A stretch of DNA of 34,872 nt from Bacteroidota bacterium (GTDB lineage: Bacteria; Bacteroidota; Bacteroidia; Bacteroidales; UBA10428). Positions within the stretch are counted from its first letter, which is position 1; each line of letters starts with the position of its first letter. Where the stretch lies: the NCBI GenBank assembly GCA_017860375.1, contig JAGDMB010000002.1, forward strand, positions 1 to 34,872, in the 5' to 3' direction. The notes under the pieces were generated by a model, which saw only the letters and a list, made by a program, of their open reading frames with translations, did not search any database and was not told the origin of the DNA. The position numbers and the translations under genes are program-made. Of the stretch, positions 25,733 to 33,607 are shown piece by piece.

Positions 25733-25740
25733 TACTTTTG
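25733..25740 (+). promoter_or_regulatory. Putative Bacteroidota -7 promoter element (TACTTTTG)
   Basis: Exact TAnnTTTG match about 33 nt upstream of ATG 25774. Confidence 0.3.
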
Positions 25741-25773
25741 CTGCCTGGCATAACCAAGGGATTCCATCATTAA

Positions 25774-26715
25774 ATGAACCTTTACCTGTCAAAATTCAGG
25801 GATTTTGTTTCCGGCTCATCCGCCTGGTATAAATTGCTTTTTGTATGCTTTCTTGTACTGGTGTTTTTTATGCTGACCGGCATTTTGGGTCTGGTCACCA
25901 TAATGATTAGCCATGGCCTCACACTGCAGGATGCTGCCTCCCTTCTGAATAATCCCGGTCCTGCTGATATTCCCGCGTTAAAGCTGTCCCAGGCCCTTCA
26001 GACAATCGGTCTTTTCATTGGCACGGCCTGGCTGGCTGCTTTTTTTCTCAGCCCGGCGGCCGGTACTTATCTTACGATTAAGAGCAAGCCTTCCTTTTTC
26101 AGCCTTTTCCTTGTTGTGTTGTCCATGATCATCTGGATTCCCACCGTTAACTTTTCCGCTGCTATAAATGCACGCCTCAATTTGCCGGAATCAATGGATT
26201 TCGTTGAGAATGAAATGGAAGCATTGCGGAATAGTTATAATCAGCTTACGGAATTGTTTTTAAATACCGGATCGGTCACCGGTTTTATGGTCAACATTAT
26301 TGTAATGGCTATCTTACCAGCTGTAGGAGAAGAATTGCTTTTTCGCGGAGTATTTCAGCGACTGCTGACAGAATGGACCCGAAATATTCATTGGGGTATT
26401 GTTCTGGCAGCTTTGCTTTTCAGCTTCTTTCACTTTGAATTTTTTGGATTCCTGCCGCGTTTTCTTCTGGGAATCTTTTTTGGTTATCTTTTCGCATGGA
26501 CGTCCTCGATCTGGGTTCCCATACTGGCTCATTTTACCAACAATTTTATCATCGTGTGTTATTCGTTTTACAGTCAACCGACAACCGGTCCTTCACCGAT
26601 TGAGGAACTTGGAACACATGCAGACCTGTTTTTGTGGATCAGCCTTGCCGGAGGAATACTGGTATCTGCCCTCTTGTTCTACTATGAAAAATCACGCCGG
26701 TTCTCCGGCAAATGA
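25774..26715 (+). CDS. CPBP-family (CAAX protease-like) intramembrane glutamic endopeptidase
   Basis: Polytopic membrane protein with the three CPBP motifs: GEELLFRG, FSFFHFE, LAHFTNNF. Confidence 0.85.
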   Translation: MNLYLSKFRDFVSGSSAWYKLLFVCFLVLVFFMLTGILGLVTIMISHGLTLQDAASLLNNPGPADIPALKLSQALQTIGLFIGTAWLAAFFLSPAAGTYLTIKSKPSFFSLFLVVLSMIIWIPTVNFSAAINARLNLPESMDFVENEMEALRNSYNQLTELFLNTGSVTGFMVNIIVMAILPAVGEELLFRGVFQRLLTEWTRNIHWGIVLAALLFSFFHFEFFGFLPRFLLGIFFGYLFAWTSSIWVPILAHFTNNFIIVCYSFYSQPTTGPSPIEELGTHADLFLWISLAGGILVSALLFYYEKSRRFSGK

Positions 26716-27426
26716 GCCGGCCGGGATTTCTGTCCTTTTCTTTTCATTTTTGCGCAGTACATATACCAGTCCGTAAAGTTTTGAATATTCCCTTTTTTTA
26801 TCTTCGGGATAGGAAGAGAAATAGTGTTCCACCTCGTTCCAGAGGACCAGAATTATTTCATCTGCCTGTGTGCGCAAAAAGGTAAGTTTTTCCTGGGAAC
26901 GTGCGGAGTTCTTCTGAAGAATTTTCTGGTATTTGAAGGATTCCATAAACCTCTCATACCAGACTTTCACCACGGCCATCGTTGGATTGGTTATGGGACT
27001 ATGCCCTTTGGCTATCCGTAAGTTCTCACCTGCAATAAGTTTTTCCCCCCAGCTGATCAGTTCGGCTTCCGTGTTAAAGAGGGGAACTTTTTTCTGATCG
27101 CCTGGCAAACCAAAAAAATTTCTTTCAGATGAGGGCAAATCTCCGCGGATAATGGCCATATTAACCACCTGAATGAAATGGGAAATATAGATTTTGGCCT
27201 TACGCAAAACCTTACTATATTCCTTGCTTTTTAAAGTCTGTAAATTATATGCCTGCCTTGTTTCCATCATGGTTTTTTCAAACAGGGGGAGAAACTCGTG
27301 AATTTTCTGCAGGGTGTTTTGGGAATAGGCGAGCTGAAAGGGAGGCAATTCCTTCCCTTTTTCAAAGGCAATCCTTAGGGCTCTCAGCCTGGCAAGATCA
27401 GTATTTGGTAAACGGCGATACGGCAT
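26692..27426 (-). CDS. Hypothetical protein
   Basis: 244-aa ORF, soluble, predicted helical, no motif recognised. Its 3' end overlaps the convergent CPBP gene by 24 nt. Confidence 0.5.
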   Translation of the reverse strand: MPYRRLPNTDLARLRALRIAFEKGKELPPFQLAYSQNTLQKIHEFLPLFEKTMMETRQAYNLQTLKSKEYSKVLRKAKIYISHFIQVVNMAIIRGDLPSSERNFFGLPGDQKKVPLFNTEAELISWGEKLIAGENLRIAKGHSPITNPTMAVVKVWYERFMESFKYQKILQKNSARSQEKLTFLRTQADEIILVLWNEVEHYFSSYPEDKKREYSKLYGLVYVLRKNEKKRTEIPAGSFAGEPA

Positions 27427-27580
27427 TTGCTGGTAACATGTTGTTTACGAAGGTATGAAAAATCAATAAGGCAACAAGGCATTCGCATTGAATTTTGCCT
27501 GGAAGTGCAAATAATGATAAAACTATTGGTACAGGTTGTAAAATGATTATAATTTTAGTACGAAAAAGTACTTAAAACGA

Positions 27581-28978
27581 ATGATCATGTTTTCTGCAGA
27601 AGTATACACGCAGCGTAGAAAGAAACTCATGCAACGGGTTGAAAATGGCCTTATTGTCTTTTTTGGGAATAAGGAATCTTCCATGAACTATAGTGCAAAC
27701 ACTTATCCCTTCCGGCAAGACAGTAATTTTTTGTATTATTTTGGCCATGATGTGCCTGACCTGGCTGCGGTTCTGGATATCCAGTCAGGTGATGAGATCC
27801 TTTACGGGGATGACCTTGGAGTGGAAGACATCATATGGATGGGATACCAGGAAAAGGTGAACGAGAAAGCCGCCCGGATTGGCATACGCATGGTAAGGTC
27901 CATGGATAAACTGGCGGGCGATATCTGTAAAGCGATGGCAAAGAACAGGAAAATACATTTCTTACCTCCTTACCGGGAAGACCGAAAAGCCCAGCTTTCT
28001 TATTATCTTGAAGTAGATTATGCAAAAGCAAAGAATCCTTATTCGGAAGAATTGATAAAAGCGATTGTTGCGCAACGTTCGGTCAAGGATGAAGCTGAAA
28101 CCCTTGAAATTGAATCAACGCTGACTTCCGTGACGCGTCCCATGTATTTAAGTGCCATGAAAATGGCAAAACCCGACCTTTTTGAATATGAAATATCAGG
28201 GATGATCGAAGGCCTGGCTCTTCAGCAGGGATATTCCATGGCATATCCGACTATCTGTTCCGTCAACGGCGAAATTCTGCATAATCATTTCCACGGCAAC
28301 AAAATGAAGAATGGCAATCTGCTCATCGTTGATGCAGGTGCCGAAAGCAGGATGCATTATGCCACCGACATAACAAGGACAATTCCTGTGGGCGGAAAGT
28401 TTTCTGCCCGGCAGAAGGAAATATACAACCTGGTATTAAAGGCGGAGACAGAATGTATTTCAAGGATTCACCCCCTTATCCCATACAAAGACATTCATAT
28501 GCATGCCTCTTCCATCATTGCCGAAGGATTGAGAGACCTTGGCCTAATGAAAGGCAGTGTAACCGATATCGTCTCGGTTGGCGCACATGCGCTTTTTTTC
28601 CCGCATGGAATAGGGCACATGATGGGACTTGACGTGCATGACATGGAAGACCTCGGAGAACATTTTGTGGGATACGGCGATGAGTTTACACGCAGCGAAC
28701 AGTTTGGACTTGCCAGTTTACGGATGGCCCGCAGACTTGAACCGGGATTTGTTGTGACCGTGGAGCCGGGTATTTATTTTATTCCACCCCTTATTGAAAA
28801 ATGGGAAGCCGAAAAGCAGTTTACCGAGTTTATTAATTATACAAAAGTCAGATCGTACCTCGATTTTGGAGGTATCCGTATTGAAGATGACGTGCTCGTG
28901 ACCGAAAACGGATACCGTGTCTTGGGAGATCCGATACCCAAGACATTGAATGAGGTGGAACAGGTCTGTACGATTTAG
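27581..28978 (+). CDS. Xaa-Pro aminopeptidase (M24B, aminopeptidase P family)
   Basis: N-terminal AMP_N-like region (YPFRQDSNFLYYFG) and metal-ligand blocks (VDAGAE..YATDITRT, HGIGHMMGLDVHD, VEPGIY, IRIEDDV). Confidence 0.9.
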   Translation: MIMFSAEVYTQRRKKLMQRVENGLIVFFGNKESSMNYSANTYPFRQDSNFLYYFGHDVPDLAAVLDIQSGDEILYGDDLGVEDIIWMGYQEKVNEKAARIGIRMVRSMDKLAGDICKAMAKNRKIHFLPPYREDRKAQLSYYLEVDYAKAKNPYSEELIKAIVAQRSVKDEAETLEIESTLTSVTRPMYLSAMKMAKPDLFEYEISGMIEGLALQQGYSMAYPTICSVNGEILHNHFHGNKMKNGNLLIVDAGAESRMHYATDITRTIPVGGKFSARQKEIYNLVLKAETECISRIHPLIPYKDIHMHASSIIAEGLRDLGLMKGSVTDIVSVGAHALFFPHGIGHMMGLDVHDMEDLGEHFVGYGDEFTRSEQFGLASLRMARRLEPGFVVTVEPGIYFIPPLIEKWEAEKQFTEFINYTKVRSYLDFGGIRIEDDVLVTENGYRVLGDPIPKTLNEVEQVCTI

Positions 28979-28987
28979 CTATCCAGG

Positions 28988-29875
28988 TTACCTTAGCATT
29001 TTCAGGGCTTCGCAGATTAACCGGATATGTTCCGGAGTGGTACCACAGCAACCCCCGATAATATTGGCTCCGGCACTAATCAGTGAAGGCACAAATGAGG
29101 CCATTTCTTCAGGAGATTCAGGAAATACAGTTTTCCCATCTTCATACCGCGGCCTGCCTGCGTTGGCATGCACAAGAACGGGAATATCACGGTCAACAGC
29201 CCGAATTTCACGAACGATATCGATCATCCCTTCGATTCCGTTACCGCAGTTGGCACCGATGATATCTGCGCCGGCCTCTTTCATGACCGGAACCATTTCT
29301 GCGGGAGAAACTCCCATCATGGTCCGGTATTCACCGGTAAGGATTTTTTCAAATGTCATAGTACAGATTACTTCACAGGATGTGTTTTCATGCGCTGCCC
29401 TAACGGCTATCCGGGCCTCGTCGAGGTCGCTCATCGTTTCCACCACAATGGCATCGGATCCTCCACTGGCCAGCGCAATGCTTTGCTCTTTAAAAGCTTC
29501 GTAGAGTTCTTTTTCACTCACTTCGCCCATCATAAGAATTTTGCCAGTCGGCCCCACGGAACCCAGCACGATCTTTTCCGTGCCGGCTGCATTGCGCGAT
29601 AATTCAGCTGCACGGCGATTAATTTCCGTTACCTTTTTTTCCAGCCCGTAATGCGAAAGTTTAAATAAATTTCCGCCAAAACTGTTGGTTTCGGTCATAT
29701 CGGCACCGGCGTTGATATATTGTGCTGCAATATCCATTATTTCGGCAGGATGATCTATATTCCAGGATTCAGGGCATTCACCGGGCTTCAGACCTTTGGC
29801 ATGCAACAGGGTTCCCCATGCACCATCGGATGCAAGTACTTTTAAGATTTTCAATTTTTCAAGGATTTTTCCCAT
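28988..29875 (-). CDS. Stand-alone homocysteine S-methyltransferase domain protein (MetH N-terminal/BHMT type)
   Basis: ASDGAWGT, TETNSF, IGANCGNG and IIGGCCGTTPEHI (Zn-binding Cys triad). 295 aa, with no pterin or B12 domain attached. Confidence 0.85.
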   Translation of the reverse strand: MGKILEKLKILKVLASDGAWGTLLHAKGLKPGECPESWNIDHPAEIMDIAAQYINAGADMTETNSFGGNLFKLSHYGLEKKVTEINRRAAELSRNAAGTEKIVLGSVGPTGKILMMGEVSEKELYEAFKEQSIALASGGSDAIVVETMSDLDEARIAVRAAHENTSCEVICTMTFEKILTGEYRTMMGVSPAEMVPVMKEAGADIIGANCGNGIEGMIDIVREIRAVDRDIPVLVHANAGRPRYEDGKTVFPESPEEMASFVPSLISAGANIIGGCCGTTPEHIRLICEALKMLR

Positions 29876-29911
29876 TTTCTGTTTTTTAATGACGTATCAG
29901 TTTGCAGCGAT

Positions 29912-30583
29912 TCAGACGATCCATTGCTTCAGATATTCCACAGCCCCCTGTGGATCAGGCGAGTAAAAGTCAGCTCCAATTTTTTTCCGGAATTCATCCG
30001 TCACAGGTGCACCTCCAATGATTATTTGGGTTCCGGGTGCCTGCTCGTGGATCTGCTTTACAATCGATTCCATATTTACCATAGTGGTGGTAAGCAATGC
30101 GGATAAACCGACAATGCAGCCGGGGTGGTCTTTAACAGCCGCGATGAATTTTTCCGCTTTTACATCAATACCCAGATCGATCACTTCCCAACCGTTACCC
30201 TCAACCATCATGGAAACCAGGTTTTTACCAATATCATGCAAATCGCCGACCACGGTTCCAATAATGAAGGTTCCCTTTCTTTTTACCTCCCCTGAACGGA
30301 AAAAGGGTTTCAGATGTTGCATGGCCGTATTCATGGCTTTGGCCGACATCAACACCTGCGGCACAAATACTTTGTTTTCCCTGAATTTAATACCGACTTT
30401 TTCCATTCCGACAACCAGCCCACGGATTAATACATCCGAAGGAGGCACTCCTTTATCAAGGGCCATTTTAGTCAGTTCATCGGCTCCATCCAGCCCTTTC
30501 ATATCAGGAGGATACGGGGAAGCCTTGTCGGTTTTTCCAAATTCAATGCAGTGTGCAATTTGCTGAAGTAATTCTTCCATCAT
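29912..30583 (-). CDS. Corrinoid (cobalamin-binding) methyl-carrier protein
   Basis: Helical cap followed by a Rossmann B12-binding domain: GTVVGDLHDIGKNLV (DxHxxG), SALLTTT (SxL), IIIGGAPV (GG). 223 aa. Confidence 0.9.
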   Translation of the reverse strand: MMEELLQQIAHCIEFGKTDKASPYPPDMKGLDGADELTKMALDKGVPPSDVLIRGLVVGMEKVGIKFRENKVFVPQVLMSAKAMNTAMQHLKPFFRSGEVKRKGTFIIGTVVGDLHDIGKNLVSMMVEGNGWEVIDLGIDVKAEKFIAAVKDHPGCIVGLSALLTTTMVNMESIVKQIHEQAPGTQIIIGGAPVTDEFRKKIGADFYSPDPQGAVEYLKQWIV

Positions 30584-30638
30584 TCAAATCGTTTAGTTTG
30601 TTTCTCTCCTACAGGGTATTTTATCATCCCGTTCGGAT

Positions 30639-31883
30639 TTACCGGTTAAACTCCCGGAGTGCCTGTATCATCGAAATAACATTCTCAACGGGAACATTGG
30701 CCTGAATATTATGAACGGTAGTGAACACAAATCCTCCGTTTTTGGAAAGTATTTCACATTGGCGCAATACCTGGTTTCTTACATCATGGATGGTACCAAA
30801 ACTAAGGACATGCTGTGTATCAATCCCGCCACCCCAGAAGACAACCTGATTACCATATTTTTCTTTCAGCCTCACCGGATCCATGCCTTTTGCTGTAATC
30901 TGAACGGGATTAAGGATATCAAATCCCGCTTCTATGAAATGACTGATTAATGTTTCAACTGCACCGCAGGAATGTTTAAAGGTTTTCCAGGTAGTATTGG
31001 CATGCACCCAGTCATTAATCTTCCGGTAGTATGGCAGCCAGAGATCATCAAAAGTTTCCGGTGAACAGAATGTAGAATCCTGCGTGCCGAAATCGGTACC
31101 GCAAACATACAGAACATCAATGGTATTCCCGGCAATGGCTGCCAACTTTTTCAGATTGCCGACTGCAATGTCCGATTGTTTGTCAAAAACGGTCCGGATA
31201 TAGTCCGGACGCAATACCAATGACATATACCATTCCGTAATATCCCGTATTCCTTTCGGATGTTTTAAAAAGGGTGCCGGTACGAGGGCGATATCGCCGA
31301 TTCCTGTGCCGCCAAAATTGGCTACAATGGCTTTATCGCTTCCTCTTATGGAATTAATCTGGTCTTTCCAGTAATTCAGGTCCTGTTCAGAAACCGGTCT
31401 GAACTCTTCCAGATTATCTTTCGGATCCAGCAAGGACTCCACAATGATGGCATCAAAGAAAAATCCTGTTTTAGGCATTTTGGCGCTGGGATGGGCTTTC
31501 ATGTCACCCTCAGGATAAATCAGCAAATCACCATTTTCATCCAGACGGGTATTGAATAATTCAGGCACAAGGATTTCCTGCCCCCAGAATGTCTGGAATT
31601 CTTTCCATCCGGTTGACGAGAATCCAAACATATTGTCCGGCGGCGATAACCCTATCGCATCGATGCCCATCAGCTGCTGTAATTCAGCATCGATCTCTCC
31701 CAGCATCTGATAAGGCTCGGTGAGTTTAACAGGGCGTTTTTCCAGTCCATAATGATCCCTGAGCTTTTCAACCATCCGGATATGAATTCCGGTTACGGTC
31801 GTGCTTCCAAAGTCAACAGGAACCTTATCGGGTAACTGATGCCCAAGGGATTGCTGTACCCGTTGTTTTGAATTCATACCCAT
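30639..31883 (-). CDS. URO-D-superfamily (MtaA/MtbA/MtsA-like) putative Zn-dependent corrinoid methyltransferase
   Basis: 414 aa. KHSCGAV (His-x-Cys), with a further Cys 70 residues downstream (LRQCEIL), echoes the MtaA Zn site H-x-C...C. TIM-barrel-length protein directly upstream of the corrinoid protein gene. Confidence 0.7.
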   Translation of the reverse strand: MGMNSKQRVQQSLGHQLPDKVPVDFGSTTVTGIHIRMVEKLRDHYGLEKRPVKLTEPYQMLGEIDAELQQLMGIDAIGLSPPDNMFGFSSTGWKEFQTFWGQEILVPELFNTRLDENGDLLIYPEGDMKAHPSAKMPKTGFFFDAIIVESLLDPKDNLEEFRPVSEQDLNYWKDQINSIRGSDKAIVANFGGTGIGDIALVPAPFLKHPKGIRDITEWYMSLVLRPDYIRTVFDKQSDIAVGNLKKLAAIAGNTIDVLYVCGTDFGTQDSTFCSPETFDDLWLPYYRKINDWVHANTTWKTFKHSCGAVETLISHFIEAGFDILNPVQITAKGMDPVRLKEKYGNQVVFWGGGIDTQHVLSFGTIHDVRNQVLRQCEILSKNGGFVFTTVHNIQANVPVENVISMIQALREFNR

Positions 31884-31936
31884 TGATTTACAGTATGCAG
31901 GTTAATCCGATCCGTCCGCAGACCACAGTTTCAGTT

Positions 31937-32734
31937 CTATTGCTCTTGTCTGATAAAGGAAATCAGGTGTTCTGCACAGGTTTCCTTTTCCTCGACAAAA
32001 CCCATATGTCCGGAATTCTTCAATAACAATATCCTCCCCCTTTCATTTAGTGGGATCCGATCCTTTGTTGCCTGAAAGTTAATATAATTATCTTTTTCGC
32101 CCAACATACAGAGCAATGGAATAGTGCTTTCCTTCATTACAGCAGTGGTGTCGTGCCTTTTTTTCATTCCCTCCAGGGCAGAAATAATACCTTCTTCAGG
32201 CGTTTCATGTGCGATCAATTTTGCTTTCTCAATTTCGATCCTGAATTTTTCCAGGTTGTCATCGGCAAATCCTTTCGGTATGTTGACATTGATGATCCGG
32301 TCTTTTTTTCCCTGCCGCACCAGTTCAATTTCCCGGTCACGGTTTGTTTTCTTTTCCTCCGTATCCGAAAAGGGTGTCGAGTGCAACAGACATAAACCCC
32401 GAAGCCTTTTTATATTGGATTCGGCTGCCGCAAGGGCGACATAACCTCCCATCGAATGGCCTGCCAGGAAAAAAGTATCCACGGAAAGTGCATCCAGCAT
32501 GGCAAAAACAGATTCTGCCATATTGTGCATGGTATGCACTCCTGCAACAATTCCCGATTTCCCGTGTCCCGGAAGGTCCATGCGAATAACCCTGCAATGA
32601 TTTTGCATCAGGGCTGCAAAATCATCCCAGATATGCAAGGATTCAAGGTATCCGTGCAACAATACAAGGGGAATCCCTTTCCCTTCCGAAACTGCATAAA
32701 GTTGTGCCTGACGAAATCCGATCCGGTGCATCAT
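31937..32734 (-). CDS. Alpha/beta-fold hydrolase
   Basis: LLHGY oxyanion region, GHSMGG nucleophile elbow, C-terminal SGHM (His). 265 aa. Lies 53 nt upstream of the URO-D-like gene on the same strand. Confidence 0.8.
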   Translation of the reverse strand: MMHRIGFRQAQLYAVSEGKGIPLVLLHGYLESLHIWDDFAALMQNHCRVIRMDLPGHGKSGIVAGVHTMHNMAESVFAMLDALSVDTFFLAGHSMGGYVALAAAESNIKRLRGLCLLHSTPFSDTEEKKTNRDREIELVRQGKKDRIINVNIPKGFADDNLEKFRIEIEKAKLIAHETPEEGIISALEGMKKRHDTTAVMKESTIPLLCMLGEKDNYINFQATKDRIPLNERGRILLLKNSGHMGFVEEKETCAEHLISFIRQEQ

Positions 32735-32858
32735 ACGATTCTGTTTTTAATGGATTGACAAACCTGCACGCCTAAAGATACTAAAAAAACATTTATTTAA
32801 ATTGGTTCTAAATTACAGGTTTATGCTAAAAGCATTTTAATAAATGAAGCACAGGAGA

Positions 32859-32866
32859 TATATTTG
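32859..32866 (+). promoter_or_regulatory. Putative Bacteroidota -7 promoter element (TATATTTG)
   Basis: Exact TAnnTTTG match about 48 nt upstream of ATG 32915 (sdhC). Confidence 0.35.
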
Positions 32867-32914
32867 TATAAGGCATAGATTTTTCGTTTTCATCACTCCT
32901 TTAAATACCATTCT

Positions 32915-33586
32915 ATGAGCAATATATTCGCTTCCTCCATTGGAAAAAAGCTGATCATGTCGCTGGCCGGTTTGTTTTTGATCCTATTCCTTATCGTTCA
33001 CCTGAGTATTAATCTGTCGCTTATTTTTTCGGATTCCCGGGAAATCTTTAACAAGGCCGCACATTTCATGTCTTCCAATATCCTCATAAAAATTTTTGAG
33101 GTTATCCTTTTCGGAGGATTCATTCTGCATATGTTTTATGGCCTTTACCTGCAAATTAAAAACTGGTTTGCAAGGGGCAGGAGATACAGGATTGAAAATT
33201 TTTCGCAGACCTCCTTCTTTTCAAAATTCATGATTCATACCGCTGTTATTATTGCGGTTTTTCTTGTTTTGCATCTGATGGATTTCTATTTCAAGGTTAA
33301 AATCGTTGGCGATATACCCGAGGTGTTCTATAATGGGAAATCTTATCATGACCTGGGTTTACTGGTCATTGAAAAATTCAAAATACCGGGATTCGTCCTT
33401 TTCTATCTTGCCTGTTTTGTATTTCTCGCTTTTCATTTGCTGCATGGATTCTGGTCGGCTTTTCAGACCCTGGGACTGGATCACAAAGTGTATACCCCCA
33501 TCATTAAGGCAGCCGGGATCCTGTACACTTTCCTGGTAGTTGCCGGTTTTATGCTTATACCGGTTTATATTTATTTCTATATGTAA
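32915..33586 (+). CDS. sdhC: Succinate dehydrogenase/fumarate reductase cytochrome b subunit (Bacteroides type)
   Basis: 223 aa with five hydrophobic helices and conserved His residues (IVHLSINL, LHMF, LHLMDF, FHLLHGFW). Sits immediately upstream of the flavoprotein subunit. Confidence 0.8.
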   Translation: MSNIFASSIGKKLIMSLAGLFLILFLIVHLSINLSLIFSDSREIFNKAAHFMSSNILIKIFEVILFGGFILHMFYGLYLQIKNWFARGRRYRIENFSQTSFFSKFMIHTAVIIAVFLVLHLMDFYFKVKIVGDIPEVFYNGKSYHDLGLLVIEKFKIPGFVLFYLACFVFLAFHLLHGFWSAFQTLGLDHKVYTPIIKAAGILYTFLVVAGFMLIPVYIYFYM

Positions 33587-33607
33587 GAACTAGAACAACG
33601 ATTGGCT

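Noticed and set aside
28950-30566. Long plus-strand ORFs (28950-29504, 29168-29602, 30018-30566) antisense to the Hcy-methyltransferase and corrinoid protein genes.
   Set aside because: They are Ser/Thr/Pro/Ile-rich and of low complexity, with no motifs. The minus-strand products carry unmistakable GGCCGT and DxHxxG motifs, so these are typical antisense shadows of well-conserved genes.
32735-32914. I looked for a cobalamin riboswitch or another leader upstream of the corrinoid methyltransferase operon, in the divergent region shared with sdhC.
   Set aside because: The region is 180 nt, very AT-rich, and contains no B12-box-like GC-rich core or extended pairing. It is too short and unstructured for a cobalamin riboswitch.
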